From: a bacterium
Lineage (GTDB): Bacteria > Patescibacteriota > Minisyncoccia > UBA6257 > WO2-44-18
Assembly: GCA_030646995.1 (NCBI GenBank)
Contig: JAUSKF010000002.1
Coordinates: forward strand, 12,092 to 76,091
Reading direction: 5' to 3'
Length of the DNA stretch: 64,000 nucleotides
Positions within the stretch are counted from its first letter, which is position 1, and each line of letters begins with the position of its first letter. Made by a program: the position numbers and the translations under genes. This document shows positions 54,942-64,000 of this stretch, piece after piece. Below the pieces are notes generated by a model. It did not search any database and was not told the origin of the DNA. It worked only from the letters and a program-made list of their open reading frames with translations.

Positions 54942-57008
54942 ATGACGAAACAATCTTTAGCTTTGCTGGTTTCCGCGATGCTGGTCTTAACGGGGCTAGC
55001 CGTTTCTTACAGTTTAGTCGCCCAAGCGCAAACAAATTTAAATTCTTCGGTTTCTGTAAAAAAACAACCGGATGATGGACTTTTTACTATTACGGTTAGT
55101 GATTCCGATGGTATCCAGGAATTTAATTTTCAACCGGCCGCGGGGGCTAGATATGGTGGGGAATTGAAATGCCCAAAAACTTTCTCAAACAACAACGTAT
55201 TATTTGTTGAATCAGAAGCTTTTAATCCGGCGATGAAAGTGACAATTACCGATTGCAAAAAAAATGTCGCTGAATTTGAAATCGGCCCATTAACAAATGG
55301 ATCCGGCAAAGGAGTTTTGACCAATCAGCCGAAAGTGGAGCCAGTTCCTACGCCGGCGCCGAAACCGGAACCAAAAGAAGAATCAACTGCGCCTTCTAAA
55401 GAAGACATCAAATATCCCATTAAAGAATTAGGAAATTGCGGCAGTGAGACAGCTTGCCGAACATACTGCGACAAACCTGATAACTATTCCGAGTGCTTTG
55501 CTTTTGCAAAAAAATTCGGTCTTTTAGATGAGAAATTGGCGAATAAATCAGAAGAGGAATTAGAAGATTTCGCCAAGACTCTAAAAACCGGTGGTCCTGG
55601 TGGCTGTAAAGACCAAAAGTCTTGCGAAGCTTATTGCAACGACACCTCTCGCTTAAATGAATGTTTGGCTTTTGGCGAGAAGCACGGCCTTATGAGTCAA
55701 AAAGATCTGGAAGAGGGCAGGAAAATACAAGCTATTCTAGCGCAAGGCGGAACGTTGCCCGGTGGATGCAAAAATAAAAATGAGTGCGAGGCCTACTGCG
55801 CTGGCGGGGATCATATTGAAGAATGTTTGGCCTTCGCGGAAAAAGCCGGATTTATGCCACCGGAGGAATTGAAGCAAGCAAGAAAGGCGATGGAATTTAT
55901 GGCCCGAGGAGAAACTCCAGGCAACTGCAAATCTAAAGCGCAATGCGAGGCCTACTGTGAAGATGAAAGTCATTTTGAGTCCTGCATCGCTTTCGCGGAA
56001 AAAGCAGGGTTTATGTCTCAAGAAGAGCTGCAAATGGCGAAAAAATCCGGTGGTAAAGGCCCCGGTGGCTGTCGTGGTAAATCACAATGCGAAACTTTTT
56101 GCCAAGACGAACGCAACATTGAACAATGCCTGTCTTTTGCAGAAGAACACGGATTGATGAAGAAGGAGGACGTTGAAAGAGCTAGGAAGACCGGCGGGAA
56201 GGGGCCTGGAGGATGTCGCGGTAAAGCATGTGAAACTTTCTGTGACACTCCGGATCATCAGGATGTTTGCGTAGAGTTCGCCAAAGAGCATGGCCTGCTT
56301 TCTGAAGAAGATCTCAAACGAATGGAGGAGGGTCAACAAAGTTTCCGCAACGCTCTGGATCAAGCTCCGCCGGAAGTTAAGGAATGTTTAGCAAAACAAG
56401 GAATTGATGAAAATAATCCGCCGAGAAGGGGCATAGAAAAACAAATGCAGGAATGCTTCCAGGCCTTCCAGGGGCAAGGCGGACCTGGTGAGGGTGGTAC
56501 TGGCGGCCAGCACAATGAAGAATTCTCTCGCCAGCACGATGAAATACGATCGGCTCAATTCCAGAAAGAAGGTGGTCCGTCCGGCGAACACAACCAAGAA
56601 CGCTCCAGCCAACAATATTTAGAAGGCAAGCCGCCGATGCACGACTCAACAGTTTCCGCCGAACAGTATTCAGGAGGCAAGCCACCAGAGCACGACTCCA
56701 AGATTTCCTCAGAACAGTATTTAGGCGGAGATAAAAGGATGACGTGTCCTTCTATGCCGACAGTGGATTCTTGCCCTGACGGCCAAGAAAAGTTTGCCGC
56801 TTACAGCTCTCCGGATTGCGGCACTTACTATGCCTGCCAGCCAAAGCAACAAGAGTATCAACAACAGCAACACTCAGAAGACCAATCGCGCCTTCAATCC
56901 CAACAGCAATATCCGACCCGAGAGGTTTCGTCACCAACTACCGCAAATATCAATGATTCTTTGTTGGGGCAAGTTCTACACATCCTAGCCAATCTTTTGC
57001 ACTTGTAG
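54942..57008 (+). CDS. Secreted repeat protein with seven tandem ~42-aa four-cysteine modules and Gln-rich C-terminus
   Basis: Signal peptide; repeats of C(K/R)xxxxCExxCxxxxxxxxCxxFAExxG(L/F)Mxx(E/K)(E/D)L between ~55400 and 56330. Confidence 0.6.
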   Translation: MTKQSLALLVSAMLVLTGLAVSYSLVAQAQTNLNSSVSVKKQPDDGLFTITVSDSDGIQEFNFQPAAGARYGGELKCPKTFSNNNVLFVESEAFNPAMKVTITDCKKNVAEFEIGPLTNGSGKGVLTNQPKVEPVPTPAPKPEPKEESTAPSKEDIKYPIKELGNCGSETACRTYCDKPDNYSECFAFAKKFGLLDEKLANKSEEELEDFAKTLKTGGPGGCKDQKSCEAYCNDTSRLNECLAFGEKHGLMSQKDLEEGRKIQAILAQGGTLPGGCKNKNECEAYCAGGDHIEECLAFAEKAGFMPPEELKQARKAMEFMARGETPGNCKSKAQCEAYCEDESHFESCIAFAEKAGFMSQEELQMAKKSGGKGPGGCRGKSQCETFCQDERNIEQCLSFAEEHGLMKKEDVERARKTGGKGPGGCRGKACETFCDTPDHQDVCVEFAKEHGLLSEEDLKRMEEGQQSFRNALDQAPPEVKECLAKQGIDENNPPRRGIEKQMQECFQAFQGQGGPGEGGTGGQHNEEFSRQHDEIRSAQFQKEGGPSGEHNQERSSQQYLEGKPPMHDSTVSAEQYSGGKPPEHDSKISSEQYLGGDKRMTCPSMPTVDSCPDGQEKFAAYSSPDCGTYYACQPKQQEYQQQQHSEDQSRLQSQQQYPTREVSSPTTANINDSLLGQVLHILANLLHL

Positions 57009-57030
57009 TTTTTAGGTTAGAATTAACGAG

Positions 57031-57663
57031 ATGAATGATTTTGTAATTTCAGCTTTCCAACTCTTATCCCTAGTATTCTCCGTGATGATTCACGAAGTTT
57101 TACACGGTCTTATGGCACTAAAACTCGGCGATACCACTGCCAAAGATCAGGGGCGGTTGACCTTAAATCCTCTAAAACACATCGATCCCTTTGGCTCTGT
57201 CGTAGTGCCATTAGTGCTCCTCGTGACCGGTAGTCCGATATTGATTGGATGGGCAAAGCCGGTGATGTATAACCCCGCCAATATTAAAAATCCGAAAACC
57301 GGAGACCTGCTAATCAAGTTGGCCGGTCCGGCGAGCAATTTGGCCTTGGCAGTCGTTTTTGGTTTGATTCTACGTCTGCTTTTCCCTTTCGTGAATGTTC
57401 CAATTTTCGGCAGTCTGGTTATTTTTCTAAAAATCATAGTTGCTACTAATGTATCACTCGCTATATTTAATTTGGTTCCTCTGCCGCCGCTGGACGGCTC
57501 AAGTATCTTATTTGCGCTGATCCCGGACAAGTGGCACGCTCTCCAGGAATTTTTGACCAGACACGGCTTTTGGTTGCTTATAATCTTTATTTTCTTCGGT
57601 TTCCAATTAATTCTTCCTATTATAGGCAGCATCTACCTCCTACTGACGGGTCCGGCTGGATAG
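57031..57663 (+). CDS. Site-2 protease family zinc metalloprotease (M50-like)
   Basis: HEVLHG (HExxH) in TM1 and …FNLVPLPPLDG… (LDG motif); 210 aa. Confidence 0.75.
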   Translation: MNDFVISAFQLLSLVFSVMIHEVLHGLMALKLGDTTAKDQGRLTLNPLKHIDPFGSVVVPLVLLVTGSPILIGWAKPVMYNPANIKNPKTGDLLIKLAGPASNLALAVVFGLILRLLFPFVNVPIFGSLVIFLKIIVATNVSLAIFNLVPLPPLDGSSILFALIPDKWHALQEFLTRHGFWLLIIFIFFGFQLILPIIGSIYLLLTGPAG

Positions 57664-57712
57664 TTCTAAAATTTCTGATATAGTTTCGGCAGTTCTTGAT
57701 AAGGAGGACCTT

Positions 57713-57916
57713 ATGCAGCTCGCCGTGAAGATTGTGGGAACCATTTTTATTCTTGGAGTAATTCTCGGCGCCTTGCTCGGCTTCCTATGTATGCACACTA
57801 AGCCCGGCTCCAGACTGCAAAAATGCGCCTCTACATTCGGAAATATCAGCTTAGGAACGGCCGCCTTGAGTATGCTGACGATGCTAGCGCTAGTTGGCTT
57901 GAGCCTTTGGCTTTGA
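57713..57916 (+). CDS. Small hypothetical membrane protein
   Basis: 67 aa, 2 TM; AAGGAGG RBS; terminator 57926-57947. Confidence 0.4.
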   Translation: MQLAVKIVGTIFILGVILGALLGFLCMHTKPGSRLQKCASTFGNISLGTAALSMLTMLALVGLSLWL

Positions 57917-57947
57917 AGATGATTTCCAGCCCCTTTCGGGGCTTTTT

Positions 57948-58029
57948 TACCTGTTGCTTAAAATTTTCAATTCGCAGAAGCCGAAAATTTTTCCAGCAAC
58001 AGCAATCCTGAGCGCAGCGTAGGATTACC
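57948..58029. repeat. Family A two-hairpin intergenic repeat element, copy 4 of 4 (compensatory stem changes)
   Basis: tacctgttgcttaaaattttcaattcgcagaagccgaaaatttttccagcaacagcaatcctgagcgcagcgtaggattacc; ctgttgct/agcaacag replaces ctactgct/agcagtag. Confidence 0.8.
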
Positions 58030-58120
58030 TTAAAAATTATTATAATTGACTTTTCGGCTCTAGCGTGCTAAATTATCGCCAGTCAGTTGAGTTCTTCGAA
58101 AACCCAATAAGGAGCAGCCT

Positions 58121-58624
58121 GTGAGCGACGAAAATGATCCGAAGATCCGAAACAGCCAAGAAATTCCGCCAGACAAAGATTTTGATCTGGCGGCCGAGAA
58201 CGGCCGGCTCAAAGACAAGATCAAGGATATGGAGGCCGGGCTGAAGAACGGCGAGAAGATCGCTGGAGAACAGATCGCCACGCTGCGAAAAACCCTGAAT
58301 ACCAGAGAGAGCGCCAACTTCGGCCTCATCCTGGCGTTCGGCGCAACCTTGCTCGGACTTCTTGGCTGGTTCTCATACCTGAGCGCCGGAAATCATTATT
58401 TCGAAAAGCTGGCCAATGATGAGAGCGACGCTTGTAAGCTTGTGGAGACACAAAGAGATCGGGCCGAAGCCGAGGTTCGGGCTATCTCGGTAATCCACAC
58501 CGAAGACGGCTACATCAGCACGCAGGACCTCCTGCATCAGCTCAACGGCGCCACTCGTCCACTCCATGACCAGATCGAAAAGTTAGAAGCGGAAAAAGCC
58601 GAGTTGGAAAAGAAGCTAAAGTAA
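58121..58624 (+). CDS. Hypothetical coiled-coil protein with one TM helix (GTG start), moderately GC-elevated
   Basis: AAGGAG RBS before GTG; 167 aa; coiled-coil flanks around a central TM; hairpin terminator 58627-58655. Confidence 0.45.
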   Translation: MSDENDPKIRNSQEIPPDKDFDLAAENGRLKDKIKDMEAGLKNGEKIAGEQIATLRKTLNTRESANFGLILAFGATLLGLLGWFSYLSAGNHYFEKLANDESDACKLVETQRDRAEAEVRAISVIHTEDGYISTQDLLHQLNGATRPLHDQIEKLEAEKAELEKKLK

Positions 58625-58663
58625 AACCCAAGAGGACCAAAAGGTCCTCTTTTTATTTACCTT

Positions 58664-58693
58664 TTGACAAGGATGAGCCTGTTTTGCTATACT
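58664..58693 (+). promoter_or_regulatory. Sigma-70-like promoter of the str operon (TTGACA-18-TATACT)
   Basis: TTGACA 58664-58669, TATACT 58688-58693, ATG 18 nt downstream. Confidence 0.5.
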
Positions 58694-58711
58694 TCTTCCT
58701 ATTGAATTCAG

Positions 58712-59128
58712 ATGCCAACGATTAGACAATTAGTCAGATACGGCCGGAAAAAGACGGTCTACAAATCAAAGGCCATCGCGACCCAGCGTTATTTTAATTA
58801 TCTGAAAAATAAACCGTTGACCGTAGCCGCTCCGTTCAAGAGGGGAGTCTGCGTGAAAGTTTTCACTACCACTCCAAAGAAGCCGAACTCTGCTTTGCGT
58901 AAAGTTGCCCGCGTGCGCTTAACCAACGGCATGGAAGTCACCGCCTACATTCCGGGAGAAGGACACAACCTGCAGGAACACTCTATCGTGATGATTCGCG
59001 GTGGCCGTGTAAAAGATTTGCCGGGAGTCCGCTACCACATCGTCCGTGGAGTTTTGGATACCGTGGGAGTTGTTGCTCGAAATCAACAGCGTTCTAAATA
59101 TGGAGCCAAAAAGAAAAAGGCAGAGTAA
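58712..59128 (+). CDS. rpsL: 30S ribosomal protein S12
   Basis: MPTIRQLVR…[22 protein letters not shown]…[16 protein letters not shown]…[19 protein letters not shown]. Confidence 0.9.
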   Translation: MPTIRQLVRYGRKKTVYKSKAIATQRYFNYLKNKPLTVAAPFKRGVCVKVFTTTPKKPNSALRKVARVRLTNGMEVTAYIPGEGHNLQEHSIVMIRGGRVKDLPGVRYHIVRGVLDTVGVVARNQQRSKYGAKKKKAE

Positions 59129-59142
59129 AAAAATAAAAGAAC

Positions 59143-59610
59143 ATGCGTAGAAAAGTAAACTATAAAAGAGAAAAAGTAGCGGATATGAAATACAACAGCG
59201 TCGCTCTCGGACGCTTTATTAACTATGTAATGAAAGACGGCAAAAAATCGACCGCCCAAAGAGTTGTGTACGGAGCTTTCGCCATAATCAACAAAGAAAC
59301 TAAGGGTGAGCCTCTTCCGGTTTTTGAAAAGGCTTTAGAAAATGCCGCTCCGGCTGTGGAAGTAGCTTCCAAGCGCGTTGGTGGAGCCAACTATCAGGTG
59401 CCTCGCGAAGTCCGCGCCGACCGGAAATTCATTTTGGCCTGCCGCTGGATTATCGAAGGCGCCCGCAGCAAAAAAGGCAAACCGATGGCCGCTAAGTTAG
59501 CTGAAGAGCTTATGTTGACCGCGAAAAACGAAGGCAACGCGATTAAAAAGAAACAGGATATGCACAGAATGGCTGAAGCCAACCGCGCTTTTGCTCACTT
59601 CAGTTGGTAG
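59143..59610 (+). CDS. rpsG: 30S ribosomal protein S7
   Basis: …DGKKSTAQRVVYGAF… and …ANRAFAHFSW C-terminus typical of S7. Confidence 0.9.
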   Translation: MRRKVNYKREKVADMKYNSVALGRFINYVMKDGKKSTAQRVVYGAFAIINKETKGEPLPVFEKALENAAPAVEVASKRVGGANYQVPREVRADRKFILACRWIIEGARSKKGKPMAAKLAEELMLTAKNEGNAIKKKQDMHRMAEANRAFAHFSW

Positions 59611-59651
59611 CCTGAAAAGTTAATAAAGCTTCTAAAAAGAAACCTGAATAA

Positions 59652-59693
59652 TGTTTAAATATTTAAACATTTAAATAATAAAGATATCCTACA
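59652..59693 (+). promoter_or_regulatory. Conserved TTTAAA-rich palindromic upstream module (copy upstream of fusA)
   Basis: TGTTTAAATATTTAAACATTTAAATAATAAAGATATCCTACAATG. Confidence 0.55.
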
Positions 59694-61802
59694 ATGGCAA
59701 GATTATATCCAGTTGAAAGAGTCCGAGACTTCGGAATTATTGCGCACATTGATGCAGGAAAGACTACTGTGTCCGAGCGGGTGCTTTTTTATACCGGCGT
59801 TTCCCACAAAATCGGTGAAGTGCACACCGGCGACACTGTTATGGACTGGATGGAGCAGGAGCGCGAGCGTGGCATCACTATTACCGCCGCCGCTACCACC
59901 GCTTTTTGGATTCCAAGCTATGCAAATGGCGACAAAACAAAAGAATATCGCTTCAACCTGATTGATACTCCCGGCCACATCGACTTTACAGTTGAGGTAA
60001 AGCGTTCTTTGCGTGTTTTGGACGGCGCAGTCGTGGTATTCGACGGCGTATCCGGCGTAGAACCGCAATCCGAAACCAACTGGCGCTATGCCGATGACTA
60101 CGGCGTACCGAGACTTTGCTTCATTAATAAATTGGATCGTATGGGAGCGAGCTTTGAAAATAGCTTGGCTTCGATTCGCGAGCGCTTAAACCCGAATGCA
60201 ATAGCCATTCAGTTGCCGATTGGCTTGGAGGCCGCCTTTGAGGGTCTGGTGGATTTAATCAAAATGAAGGCGTATAAGTTCGAGGGCGAGAAAGGTTCCG
60301 ATATCATAGAAATTGAAATTCCGGAAAATATGAAAGTGGAGGCTCTTAAGCGCCGAAAGGAATTGATTGAAAAGATTGTTGAACAGGACGATGCGTTGAT
60401 GGCTTTGTATCTCGACGGGCAGGAACCAAGCGTTGATGAACTAAAGCGCGTACTTCGCAAAGCTACTTTGGAATTGAAAATCGTGCCGGTCTTAACCGGT
60501 TCGGCTTTGAAAAACAAAGGCGTACAGCTGATGTTGGACGCGGTTGTGGATTATCTACCGTCTCCAGCCGACATTAAGCCGACCAAAGCTACCGACTTGA
60601 AAACTAATCAGGAAGTTTTTCGTAAACCGGACGACAAGGAACCGTTTACGGCGTTGGCTTTTAAAATCGCAACCGATCCTTTCGTGGGCAGCTTAACTTT
60701 TTTTCGAGTCTATTCCGGAACCCTCAAACGTGGAAGCTACATCCAAAACTCTAATAAGGGGACACAGGAACGCGTCGGCCGTATTTTAAAAATGCATGCC
60801 AACCAACGGGAAGAAATCGAAGAAATTTATGCCGGTGAAATCGGCGCTTTGGTAGGTATGAAAGCCACAACTACCGGTGATACACTTTGCGATCCTGAAT
60901 CAAATCCGGTAATGCTTGAGAAAATTATCTTCCCACAGCCGGTTATCGGCATCCGCATTGAGCCGAAAACAAAAGCTGACCAAGAAAAAATGGGTATGGC
61001 TTTGCATCGCTTAGCTGACGAAGATCCGACTTTCCGCGTGGCCGGCGATCCGGAAACAGGAGAGACCATCATTTCCGGTATGGGTGAGTTGCACTTGGAA
61101 ATTATTGTGGACCGTATGAAGCGCGAATTCGGCGTGGACGCCAACGTGGGCAGGCCACAAGTAGCTTATAAAGAAACCATTAAAGGAAAAGCTGAAGCCG
61201 AAGGTAAATACATCAAGCAGTCCGGCGGTAAGGGTCAGTACGGACACGTTTGGATTAAAATGGAGCCGCTGGAGCGTGGCAAGGGATTTGAATTCGTCGA
61301 TGAAACCAAAGGAGGTTCCGTTCCGAAAGAATTTATTAAGCCTGCGATGAAAGGTATCGAAGAAGCGATGGCCCGCGGTGTTGTGGCCGGCTTCCCGATG
61401 ATTGACGTGATGGTTACTCTTTTTGATGGTTCTTTCCACGAAGTAGACTCTTCGGAATCTGCTTTCAAAATCGCCGGCTCAATGGCTTTCCAGGAAGGCG
61501 CCAAGAAAGCGAAGGCGATTATGCTTGAGCCGATTATGAAAATACAGGTTTTGGCCCCGGCTAATTATTTGGGAGATATCACCGGAGATTTAAGCTCGAA
61601 ACGTGGTCAGATTAATGAAATGAGCGACCGAATGGGTGGCATTAAAGTTGTGGATGCTAAGGTTCCGCTTTCGGAAATGTTCGGCTACGCAACCAAACTT
61701 CGCTCTATGACGCAAGGCCGCGGAAACTTCACTATGGAATTCTCCAGCTATGAAGAAGTGCCGGCAAGCGTTGCGGCTTTGATCAAAGACCGAAAGAAAT
61801 AG
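59694..61802 (+). CDS. fusA: Elongation factor G
   Basis: [22 protein letters not shown] GTPase motifs and EF-G domains II-V; 702 aa. Confidence 0.95.
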   Translation: MARLYPVERVRDFGIIAHIDAGKTTVSERVLFYTGVSHKIGEVHTGDTVMDWMEQERERGITITAAATTAFWIPSYANGDKTKEYRFNLIDTPGHIDFTVEVKRSLRVLDGAVVVFDGVSGVEPQSETNWRYADDYGVPRLCFINKLDRMGASFENSLASIRERLNPNAIAIQLPIGLEAAFEGLVDLIKMKAYKFEGEKGSDIIEIEIPENMKVEALKRRKELIEKIVEQDDALMALYLDGQEPSVDELKRVLRKATLELKIVPVLTGSALKNKGVQLMLDAVVDYLPSPADIKPTKATDLKTNQEVFRKPDDKEPFTALAFKIATDPFVGSLTFFRVYSGTLKRGSYIQNSNKGTQERVGRILKMHANQREEIEEIYAGEIGALVGMKATTTGDTLCDPESNPVMLEKIIFPQPVIGIRIEPKTKADQEKMGMALHRLADEDPTFRVAGDPETGETIISGMGELHLEIIVDRMKREFGVDANVGRPQVAYKETIKGKAEAEGKYIKQSGGKGQYGHVWIKMEPLERGKGFEFVDETKGGSVPKEFIKPAMKGIEEAMARGVVAGFPMIDVMVTLFDGSFHEVDSSESAFKIAGSMAFQEGAKKAKAIMLEPIMKIQVLAPANYLGDITGDLSSKRGQINEMSDRMGGIKVVDAKVPLSEMFGYATKLRSMTQGRGNFTMEFSSYEEVPASVAALIKDRKK

Positions 61803-61805
61803 CCC

Positions 61806-61835
61806 TTGACAGGGAGGGGAAGTTTTATATACAAT
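61806..61835 (+). promoter_or_regulatory. Possible sigma-70-like promoter upstream of tuf (TTGACA-17/18-TACAAT)
   Basis: TTGACA 61806-61811 and ATACAAT ~61829-61835. Confidence 0.35.
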
Positions 61836-61902
61836 CTGATATAACGTTTGTTAATAAAAACTTTAAGAAAAAGTCGTCGAAAACATAAAATAATAAAATA
61901 AA

Positions 61903-63102
61903 ATGGCAGAAAAAGAGAAATTCGTCAGGAACAAGCCTCACGTAAACGTCGGCACAATCGGACACGTCGATCACGGGAAAACTTCCCTGACCGCGGCTAT
62001 TACGCACGTCCTTTTCTTGAAGGGTTGGGCGAAGAAAGAAGAGAAAGTCGATGATATCGATAACGCACCGGAAGAAAAAGCCCGTGGTATCACTATCGCG
62101 TTGCACCACTCTGAATATGAGTCCGAGAAGCGTCACTATGCTCACATCGACGCTCCTGGTCACGCCGACTACATCAAAAACATGATTACCGGCGCCGCCC
62201 AGATGGACGGAGCAGTCTTGGTAGTTTCCGCCGCTGATGGACCTATGCCTCAAACTAGAGAGCACATCTTGCTTGCCCGCCAGGTCGGCGTGCCGGCTTT
62301 GGTTGTATTCTTGAACAAATGCGATATGGTGGACGATCCGGAATTGATTGACTTGGTTGAATCCGAAGTCCGCGAACTTTTGAAGAAATATGAATTCCCG
62401 GGTGACACAACCCCGGTCATTCGTGGTTCCGCTACCCTTGCTTTGGCCGCGAAAACTGCTGAAGATCCGGCCGCTAAGCCGATTCTGGACTTGATAAAGG
62501 CCCTGGATGAATTCATTCCTGACCCGATTCGCGATACTTCCAAGCCGTTCTTGATGCCAGTAGAAGACATCTTCTCGATTGAAGGCCGCGGTACTGTGGT
62601 TACCGGCCGTATCGAGCGTGGCATCGTAAAAGTAAACGAAGAAATCGAAGTCATCGGCTTGAAAGCGACTCAGAAAACCGTAGTTACTGGCATTGAAATG
62701 TTCAATAAATTATTGGACGAAGGCCAAGCCGGAGATAACGTAGGTATTTTGCTCCGTGGATTGAAAAAAGAAGATGTTGAGCGTGGTCAGGTGCTTGCCA
62801 AGCCGGGAACATCCAATCCGCACACCGAATTCGATGCCGAAATCTATGTATTAAGCAAAGAAGAAGGTGGCCGTCACACTCCTTTCTTTAAAGGCTACAA
62901 ACCTCAATTCTATATCCGCACGACCGACGTAACCGGCGATGTAACTTTGCCGGAGGGAATGGAAATGGTTATGCCTGGAGATACCGTAAAAATCGGCGTT
63001 AAGCTGATTGCTCCGGTCGCTCTTGAAGATAAGCAGAGGTTTGCTATCCGCGAAGGTGGCAAAACTGTAGGCGCTGGTGTAGTGTTGAAAATCACTAAAT
63101 AA
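61903..63102 (+). CDS. tuf: Elongation factor Tu
   Basis: [22 protein letters not shown] GTPase motifs; 399 aa. Confidence 0.95.
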   Translation: MAEKEKFVRNKPHVNVGTIGHVDHGKTSLTAAITHVLFLKGWAKKEEKVDDIDNAPEEKARGITIALHHSEYESEKRHYAHIDAPGHADYIKNMITGAAQMDGAVLVVSAADGPMPQTREHILLARQVGVPALVVFLNKCDMVDDPELIDLVESEVRELLKKYEFPGDTTPVIRGSATLALAAKTAEDPAAKPILDLIKALDEFIPDPIRDTSKPFLMPVEDIFSIEGRGTVVTGRIERGIVKVNEEIEVIGLKATQKTVVTGIEMFNKLLDEGQAGDNVGILLRGLKKEDVERGQVLAKPGTSNPHTEFDAEIYVLSKEEGGRHTPFFKGYKPQFYIRTTDVTGDVTLPEGMEMVMPGDTVKIGVKLIAPVALEDKQRFAIREGGKTVGAGVVLKITK

Positions 63103-63129
63103 GCTACCTAGTACCGAGCACTTAGAAAT

Positions 63130-63462
63130 ATGGCAAAAGCAAAAATAAAGGAAGAACAGGAAAAATTGCGGCTTAGGATAAAGGCCTACGACAGCAAGCT
63201 GATTGATAATTCAGCCCGCCAGATCGTGGATACCGCTAAGCGTTTCGACGCGGAAGTGGTTGGCCCGATTCCTTTGCCTACGGAGATAAAAAAATATACC
63301 GTAAATCGCTCGACTTTCGTTCACAAAAATTCGAGAGAGCAATTTGAATTGAGAATCCATAAGCGCCTGATAGACATTCTGAATCCGAGTCAGGCGATCA
63401 TCGGATCACTGTCTCAATTGAACTTGCCTTCCGGAGTAGACATTGAGATAAAGATGATCTAA
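63130..63462 (+). CDS. rpsJ: 30S ribosomal protein S10
   Basis: …[19 protein letters not shown]…GPIPLPT… S10 signature; 110 aa. Confidence 0.9.
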   Translation: MAKAKIKEEQEKLRLRIKAYDSKLIDNSARQIVDTAKRFDAEVVGPIPLPTEIKKYTVNRSTFVHKNSREQFELRIHKRLIDILNPSQAIIGSLSQLNLPSGVDIEIKMI

Positions 63463-63467
63463 TCAAT

Positions 63468-63500
63468 CAAAAAACCGGGAAATCCCCGGTTTTTTGATTG
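63468..63500 (+). terminator. Hairpin plus T-run between rpsJ and rplC (possible attenuator)
   Basis: aaaaaccgggaaatccccggtttttt. Confidence 0.45.
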
Positions 63501-63613
63501 CAAACACTAATCTCTAAACCCTAAATCCTAAGCCCGATCAAGGGGCTAGACATATTAATTAAAATAGGATAGAATTCTTCCTATCGCGTCTATCCAAACG
63601 GGAGCTCGAAAAA

Positions 63614-64000
63614 ATGGAAAAATTCAAAGGCAAAAAACTGAAAATGACTCAGGTCTACTCCGGCGACAAACTTATGCCGGTTACTCCGGTTAAAATTGAA
63701 TCCGGAGATTTAAGTTTGCTAAAAATCGGCGATCTCATAAAAGGAAGCGGCACGATGAAGGGAAGGGGATTCCAAGGCGTAGTTAAGCGTCATGGTTTCC
63801 ACGGCGGCCCGAAAACTCATGGTCAAAAGAACCGCCAGCGCGCCCCTGGTTCGATCGGCAACACTACTCCACAACGTGTTATTCCGGGAAGAAAAATGGC
63901 CGGTCACATGGGTACAACCCGAACCACTATGAGTGGTCTTACTGTTGTTGATATTAAAGTTGAAGAAAAAATTGTTTTAGTAAAAGGCGGCCTACCGGGC
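63614..64000 (+). CDS. rplC: 50S ribosomal protein L3 (5' part; continues beyond the window)
   Basis: [24 protein letters not shown]…[53 protein letters not shown]; open to the window end. Confidence 0.85.
   Translation, partial: MEKFKGKKLKMTQVYSGDKLMPVTPVKIESGDLSLLKIGDLIKGSGTMKGRGFQGVVKRHGFHGGPKTHGQKNRQRAPGSIGNTTPQRVIPGRKMAGHMGTTRTTMSGLTVVDIKVEEKIVLVKGGLPG

Overview
This 64 kb window has low to moderate GC (about 45%). Gene content and style suggest a small-genome bacterium, probably CPR/Patescibacteria-like, but this is inference. The evidence is many small membrane proteins, ECF-sigma/DUF5667 pairs, a short UvrC, near-leaderless housekeeping genes, and NirK. Clear housekeeping blocks are: rplU; recR-dnaB-cysS (minus strand); grpE-dnaK-(membrane ORF)-dnaJ; secG; uvrC-like; ddl; groES-groEL; guaB-like IMPDH; bcp; a DEAD-box helicase; and the str operon (rpsL-rpsG-fusA-tuf-rpsJ-rplC at the 3' edge). 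Five or six tRNAs are present: Met-CAT, a non-canonical tRNA-like, Ser-GCT, Arg, His-GTG and Ser-GGA. Accessory content includes: a copper/nitrite cluster (P1B ATPase, DUF411, NirK-like) preceded by a tiny Cys-rich peptide and three tandem ~35-bp repeats; three tandem paralogous secreted Cys-rich 'tail-fibre-like' proteins; a 7x Cys-repeat secreted protein; a PTP-like/neutral-ceramidase-like fusion; a SET-domain protein; and a ParB-like/YdeI gene pair next to a LAGLIDADG-like ORF. The features that stand out most are not proteins. Family A is an ~85-nt two-hairpin element with four copies, each directly after a terminator, showing compensatory stem changes. Family B is a ~140-160-nt element with two copies and a covarying internal hairpin. 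A ~45-bp palindromic TTTAAA-rich module lies immediately upstream of recR, cysS, groEL and fusA. A tRNA-Arg/tRNA-His-bounded micro-island carries a duplicated tRNA 3' end and a strongly GC-rich (~60%) foreign ORF. A 17-22 bp GC palindrome is shared between the uvrC-like coding sequence and one family A repeat copy. No CRISPR array, rRNA or intact IS/transposase was seen.
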